Source: the human T2T-CHM13v2.0 reference genome, Homo sapiens. Taken from it: DNA of 64,000 nt. Numbering within the stretch: the stretch's first letter is position 1; every line of letters begins with the position of its first letter. The position numbers and the translations under genes are program-made. The stretch lies in the NCBI RefSeq assembly GCF_009914755.1, contig NC_060930.1. One strand, 5' to 3'. Under the pieces are notes generated by a model that saw only the letters and a program-made list of their open reading frames with translations, was not told the DNA's origin and did no database searches. Shown here in pieces: positions 55,330 to 64,000 of this stretch.

Positions 55330-56039
55330 AGAAATATATGTAACTTATGAGTAAATTATAATACCTCCTAAAAACCATTATACCTAATTTACAATAACTA
55401 CTACTAATAATGACAAAATAAATTATTTGAAATGTATATACCCTAAATTATTTCTTGTTCCCAATGTATAAATCTTTATTTTTATAAAATGAAATAAACT
55501 TGTTAACTATCAGGGGAACAGTAAATGCCTTCCATTTAGTCAAATAAATATGTAAGGATATTTAATCTCATATAAGTGTTTTTTAAAAGTATACTTGTCT
55601 CTCTTTCCATAGGAAGTAATGTCTGGCAGAGGAAAACTGCTGAGCTATGTCTGAGATAGTTTCATCTGCTCACAGGCTGCTCCTGATGGCACATATTTAT
55701 TGTGTTTCTCACATGGCCTAAACTATACCAGCAAAATGAGGAATTCAGTTTTCCTTTTAAAAAATTTTCCTTTTGAAAATAACAGGCATTTTACTAAACA
55801 TTCCTTTTTTTCTTATTTTGATTAGCCAAAATGCCAGTTGCAGGCAGGCTACATAAAGGATATTCTAAATTCCAGACCCTCTTTCATCAGATATTGCAAA
55901 GGTTGAAAGTAAGATCAAATTTACCCAAGCCACAAGTTGTAATAAATTTAAAAGAATCATCTTTGGCTTCCATTATTAGTCATTTCCTCTCTTTCAACAA
56001 ACAATAATTCAACAAATAAAAATTTTAAAAGTTCTGTCT

Positions 56040-57790
56040 ATTTTAGGCTTTGCAGATAGAAAGACTTGCATTTAAATCTCTTTATTATTGACCGTGCACT
56101 CTTGGAAAAATAATTTATTTGATTCTCCATATATTCATATATAAAATAAATATAATATTTTTACAGACTGTATAGAGTTGTGAAGATTAAAGGAAACTAT
56201 GTGGCATGCCAAGTATGTAGTGGGTTCCCAGTAAATTGCTACTAATTAAAATGTATGTGCTTTGCTTAAAATAGAATTTCCAAGTCACTCTGAAACAGAA
56301 ATATCGATATTTCTGTTATATATAAATATATATAAATACAATCATGTAAACACACATACATACACATATATTTCCTTCAATAATCAATCTTTCTATAATA
56401 TTTAATTTAATCAATAGGTATTTACAGTATATCTACTGTTCACCAGGCAACATGCTTGATACAGATAATACAAATCCACAAAATAAAATTCTTGTCTTTG
56501 AATCTTCCTACTAGGAGAAACACATAAGATACCCAAATGCTATGAGGGTATTTTACCTAAGTCTGTGCCTCCTGGTGCGGAGGTCAAGAGGAATGAGCCC
56601 CTAACTCAGGCTTGGATGCAGGAGCAGGAGAGGATGAGTGTTTAGTAACGTGAGCTAATTCCTCAATCATGAGTACTTCTTTGGCAGTGAAACAAAATAG
56701 GAAATGAATGTCGGGTTGGGTATCACAGGCCATGAGAAAAGCCTGGCATAAATGAGAATATGCAGTTTGGGGAATTACAAGTAGTTTCTGTGTTCTCTGG
56801 CAAGAGATTTGCGAAGTGTGAACAGGAAACAGATGATAAATGGCCTTATATGTTATGGGAAAGAGTCTATACTTTATCTTGAAAACAGTGATGAGTCTGT
56901 TAAGGTTTTTATGAGGAGCAATGAAATAATTCTATTTGTCTTAAAAGTTGCCTTTGGTGACAATGAAAAGATGGATTTTTAAGAATGAAGAACACTCGGA
57001 TGAGTAATAGTTTTAAGTATAGGAGTATAAAATTGTATAGTCAACTTCAAAATAAAAAGAACCTGAATTAATGCAGAAAAAGATGAAGGAGAGGAGGGAA
57101 TAGACACCAGAGATCATTTGAAGGTAGAAGCCATGAAACATGTAACCAATAGCAAGAAGCAGGGGAGCAAAGTGAGTCCCATGTCTCACTCGGTAAGCAG
57201 TGTCATTAATCAGAGAATCACCCACAGCTGAGAGTGGGATTGTTTATTTGCTTTGTTGAGATTGAGGTGTGTGACAGATATTCAATTGAGATAATCTCCT
57301 AGGAGTCTGGAATATTATAGGTCTGTCCCTGGGCTAAACTGTATGAAAGGTAGAGATATTGATTTAGAAGTAATTATCTAATAAATAAATCACAGGGCAT
57401 ATGTGAGTGAGCCTAAGGAGAATTCAGTGAAAGAGAAGAAAAAAGATTGAATACAATTAGCAATATTTAAAGAGTGAGTAGAGAAACAGGGAGTTATGAA
57501 GGGAACTGAGAAAGATGGACTCAGAGGTAAACAGGTCAAGAATAAAGAAAGCAACATTATAGAAACATTATGGGGCACGATTATATCAAATATTGCAACA
57601 AAATCAATCAATCTGAAGACTGGCAGGTGTCCCCAGGACTTGCCAATATGGTGTTCTTTTAGAACTTATTTTAACAAAGTTCTGAGGACAGAATCCAGGT
57701 CTCAGTGAGCCAAGAAAGAATGAGAGGTAGGGAATTGAAGATGCAGAATGTAGACAACTCAATAGAGAAGGCTTCTATCTGTGGGTAAGA
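56040..57790. mobile_element. MIR (+, ~56040-56250) and long diverged L2 (-, ~56400-57790)
   Basis: gttgtgaagattaaagga; tcaataggtatttacagtatatctactg...ccaggcaacatgct; ctttatcttgaaaacagtgatgagtctgttaaggttttta. Confidence 0.65.
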
Positions 57791-60463
57791 AGGAAACTCA
57801 AGGTACAGCCTACAGAGAGTCAACATATGTTTTATTTGGGTCTGCTTTATGAAGAAATTAGACTACAGCCATTAACCTACTGAGGCAAAGGAGAAAAAAG
57901 AGTAAATGTTCTAATTTAACAAAGAGTAGAACTATCCACACCTGTGATAAAACTAAAATTCCACTATAAATATTAAGCGTGAGGGATAAATGTCAATTTT
58001 AACAGAATTTCCATTCAAACTTGTTTTCCCCAATACATCTTCCCAACTTTCTCTCTTGACTTCCCATATCACTTCATAATTTTCAGTAAGATATTTTTGC
58101 CTTCACCTTTATTTCTCTGTATCCTTTTCTATATAAATGCATTTGGTAATGCTACTTCATCTTAACTGATTTTTTTTTTCATGTAAAATCAATCTTGGTT
58201 GCTGCCCTCCTTAACACCTAAGTCAAATTTCTCAACTTTTAGGCAATATTGGCTATTCAACTCTGTGCCCCAAACTCGTGTATACTATATTACTTTCTAC
58301 TTTTTGTACATTATTTTTTAAATAAATTACAAATAAAATAAAAATAGATGTCAGAATCTTTTTAAAATGTAAAATGCTGTAAAATATCAAGTCTGATAAT
58401 ATTATTAATATCAATTTAAGGATGCCTTATCTCCCCCTTGATCAAATTGTCAGCCAATATTTGAATCATGAATATAAATCACTGACAAGAAAAAAAAATA
58501 GCTCAGGTTGACGTCACTGCCTAGTAGCAAAATTTCCCTTAAAAAATTTAAACCTGTTAATTATATTTTATTTAATTAAATACATATATTTATTTCCATA
58601 TTTGCATTTCCTTTTTCAAACACATGCAGCAGCAGTCTACTATATGCAATCCTGTTTAATGCAACCAGTTATTTTTGTAACAGTTTATAATTCTTTCACA
58701 TATTGGCATCATTTCAGCTATTCAATTAAAAATGAGATTTTTTTATTAATGTATTCAGTTGCTCATATAAAGCATCTTGTGCTTAGCATATTAAGCAAAA
58801 ATAGGGCTATATTGTTTCCATTAACTTACTATTTAATCCTTAAAAATAGAAACCTAATGTAATGGTTACAGTATGGATCCAATACTAAATATAGAATTCT
58901 AGTTTTCTGTCCTATAGAAACTCAGATGATCTGTAAAAAAATCACACATCTTCACAACTTCTCCTAAGCCAATAAAAGAGAAATGCTTGCTTTCAAGTTA
59001 GATTCTAAATCATAAAATTTATTATATAAGGCCAGAAAATAAAGCAATTATCTTACATGTATTGTAAATACTTCTGAAAAAAATCAATTATGTTTCAGCA
59101 CCCCTCCAAAACTGCTCATTTAAAAAAATTTATTTTCAAAACATATTTCCTTTTTGCCTAAATAACAGGGCTTGCCCTGAGAAACAATTGTGGATTTTGA
59201 AGACTGCACCAAAGTTGTGTGTTGGTATCTGATAAAATTCTAAAAATAATGTTAAACTATTGATAAGAAGCTAGAATACCGGCCTTTACCATCAGAGAAA
59301 ACTACAGGACACATGGGATCACAACCCCTCTCAGGTATCATGCTCTCTGCCTTACTAATCCCATTTTTCTGTTGTGGTTTAGTTTGTTTGCTTTTTAGAG
59401 TTTTTAAAGTAATAGATTAGGGAAGTTTTACAGAATGTGTATTGAATTAAATAACAGATTTGACAGAACTTCCCTGAATATATTTATGTATAAGATTTAG
59501 AGAAGCAGCTACAATTAGATGGCTCCATATCTGATTGAACAACCCTATGTAAGAAGTATTGATAAAATTATCTATGTCAATCTCTTTGTCCTTCATCTTG
59601 CCCTGTTAGCCCCATCTCAATAGCTTAGACGAAGCTAAAGAAAGCATGCCTACTTGAATTTGAAAAAAAAAAAAAAATAGGACAGTGCTGACAGAAATAA
59701 CTGATACTTTGGAGGAGAAAGTCGAAACTGTAAAATAGCAGGTGTGATGATAGGCTGGGCCAAAATGATAAAATCAGTAAGAAAAGAAAAAATAGGCTTA
59801 CGTTAAAATACAACAAAACACACAATACAAGGAAATGAATGGCAGTTGGCACGGAAAAAGTCAACCCTCAGAGGTTTTATTGGACCACAAGCTTACTAGG
59901 AGCTAAGAAGCTGATAACGGTGCCTAAAGGAGCTAAGGAAGCAATGGTGCTGTGGACAGCCCGCCATTCCCAGAAGCTGCTGCTACTCCCGCCCCCAACC
60001 CCCAAAGTCAGGTCCTGGGAAAAAGCTATTCTGAGTGTCTGCATTCTTGGGCTAGAATTTCTTCAAAGGCACCATAATAAAATATCCATACCACTGAGCT
60101 GGAGCCTTGAAAAGTGGCCATTCATTCATGTCCTCAAACCACAGCATGTTCAAATTCACCCATGAGCTCTATCAGGAAGCGTAACTCCAGGGAATTCTAG
60201 CACATGAGGTGGGATTTTTCAAGGCCACCCCCGTTTTTAAGGGAATTATTCAAATATCCACTAAATGAAAGAAATGGACAGCTCAATTTAGAAGAGCTGT
60301 ATGTTGGAGTCTAGGTATGGATAGAGAGATGGATGTGAGAAGTGGCTAGATCAGACTGGAAGCAGCACAAAATAAATAGGAAAAGCATAGAATTTGGGGA
60401 GTAGGGGATGACCAAGAATGAGAAGGATGTACATGAAGGAAGGAGCCAGAAGAATGGGACTTT

Positions 60464-60766
<303 letters not shown>

Positions 60767-60849
60767 TCATGTTACTGTTTCTAAACCTTAACTTCTCTTA
60801 AAGTTCAGAACATCTGGCAAAATCATGCTTTACACTTACTGTACCATTG

Positions 60850-62709
<1,860 letters not shown>

Positions 62710-64000
62710 TGCGTCCGGAATTGGTGGGTTCTTGGTCTCACTGACTTCAAGCATGAAGCCACGGACCCTCGCGGTGAGTGTTACAGCTCTTAAGGCGGCG
62801 CGTCTGGAGTTTGTTCCTTCTGATGTTCGCATGCATTCGGAGTTTCTTCCTTCTGGTGGGTTCGTGGTCTCGCTGGCTCAGGAGTGAAGGTGCAGACCTT
62901 CGCCCTGAGTGTTACAGCTCTTAAGGCGGCGCGTCTGGAGTTGTTCGTTCCTCCCGGTGGGCTCCTGGTCCCGCTGGCTTCAGGAGTGAAGCTGCAGACC
63001 TTTGCGGTGAGTGTTACAACTCATAAAAGCAGTGTGGACCCAAAGAGTGAGCACTAGCAAGATTTATTGCAAAGAGCAAAAGAAGAAAGCTTCCACAGCC
63101 TGGAACGGACGCGAGCGGGTTGCCACTGCTGGCTCGGGCTGCCTGCTTTTATTCTCTTGTCTGGCCCCACCCACGTCCTGCTGATTGGTAGAGCCGAGTG
63201 GTCTGTTTTGACAGGGCGCTGATTGGTGCGTTTACAATCCCTGAGCTAGACACAAAGGTCCTCCACGTCCACATCGGATTAGTTAGATACAGAGTATTGA
63301 CACAAAGGTTCTCCAAGGCCCCACCAGAGTAGCTAGATACAGAGTGTCGATTGGTGCACTCACAAACCCTGAGCTAGACACAGGGTGCTGATTGGTGTAT
63401 TTACAATCCCTGAGCTAGACATAAAGGTTCTCCACGTCCCACCAGACTCAGGAGCCCAGCTAGCTTCACCCAGTGGATCCGGCACCGGGGCTGCAGGTGG
63501 AGCTGCCTGCCAGTCCTGCGCCGTGCGTCCTCACTCCTCAGCCCTTGGGTGGTCGATGGGACTGGGCGCCGTGGAGCAGGGGGTGGCGCTCGTCGGGGAG
63601 GCTCCGGCGGCACAGGAGCCCATGGAGGGGGTGGGAGGCTCAGGCATGGCGTGCTGCAGGTCCCGAGTCCTGCCCCGCGGGAAGGCAGCTAAGGCCCGGT
63701 GAGAAATCGAGCGCAGCGCCGGTGGCCTGGCACTGCTGGGGGACCCAGTACATCCTCCGCAGCCGCTGGCCCAGGTGCTAAGCCCCTCATTGCCTGGGGT
63801 CGGCAGGGCCGGCCGGCTGCTCTGAGTGCAGGGCCCGCCAAGCCCACGCCCACCCGGAACTCCAGCTGGCCCGCAAGCGCCTTGCACAGCCCCGGTTCCC
63901 GCTGGCGCCTCTCCCTCCACACCTCCCTGCAAGCTGAGGGAGCCGGCTCTGGCCTTGGCCAGCCCGGAAAGGGGCTCCCACAGTGCAGCGGTGGGCTGAA
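62710..64000 (-). mobile_element. LTR12C-type (ERV9) LTR, antisense, truncated by the window end
   Basis: The 3' terminus reads gaacccaccaattccggacgca on the minus strand. Also present: U5 tandem repeats (gtgagtgttacagctcttaaggcggcgcg), U3 repeats with four CCAAT boxes, and a GC/CpG-rich 5' U3. Confidence 0.95.

Noticed and set aside
62760-63030. Spaced direct repeats resembling a CRISPR-like array
   Set aside because: These are the internal tandem repeats of the ERV9/LTR12 LTR in eukaryotic DNA, and there are no cas genes.
63385-63981. Several overlapping 64-133 aa ORFs and a CpG-island-like region
   Set aside because: Stop-poor, GC-rich U3 region of LTR12C, not a host gene or host promoter island.

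Overview
AT-rich, CpG-poor primate (human-like) genomic DNA carrying the 3' half of RSPO3 (R-spondin 3) on the + strand. It contains the end of an upstream intron, the 198-nt thrombospondin type-1 (TSP1) exon (4172-4369), a 40,397-nt intron, and the terminal coding exon for the basic C-terminal region (44767-44951, ...KSVSVSTVH*). A long 3' UTR follows, with a proximal poly(A) signal at 45955 and distal signals at ~48225-48420. A splice inside the terminal exon (donor 44928, acceptor 46369) would give an alternative 27-aa C-terminus. The rest is intronic and downstream DNA full of Alu, L1, L2, MIR, CR1, MaLR/ERV1 LTR and DNA-transposon relics, ending in an antisense LTR12C-type ERV9 LTR that runs off the window. 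Nearly all other ORFs in the track are repeat-derived or chance. I see no new multi-gene system. The best leads are regulatory: coupling between poly(A) site choice and the RSPO3 C-terminus, a bistable 3' UTR hairpin, an intronic CTCF site, a downstream NF-kB/AP-1/octamer motif cluster, and a possible LTR12-driven antisense transcript. Repeat subfamily names come from recalled consensus sequences and need RepeatMasker/Dfam confirmation.
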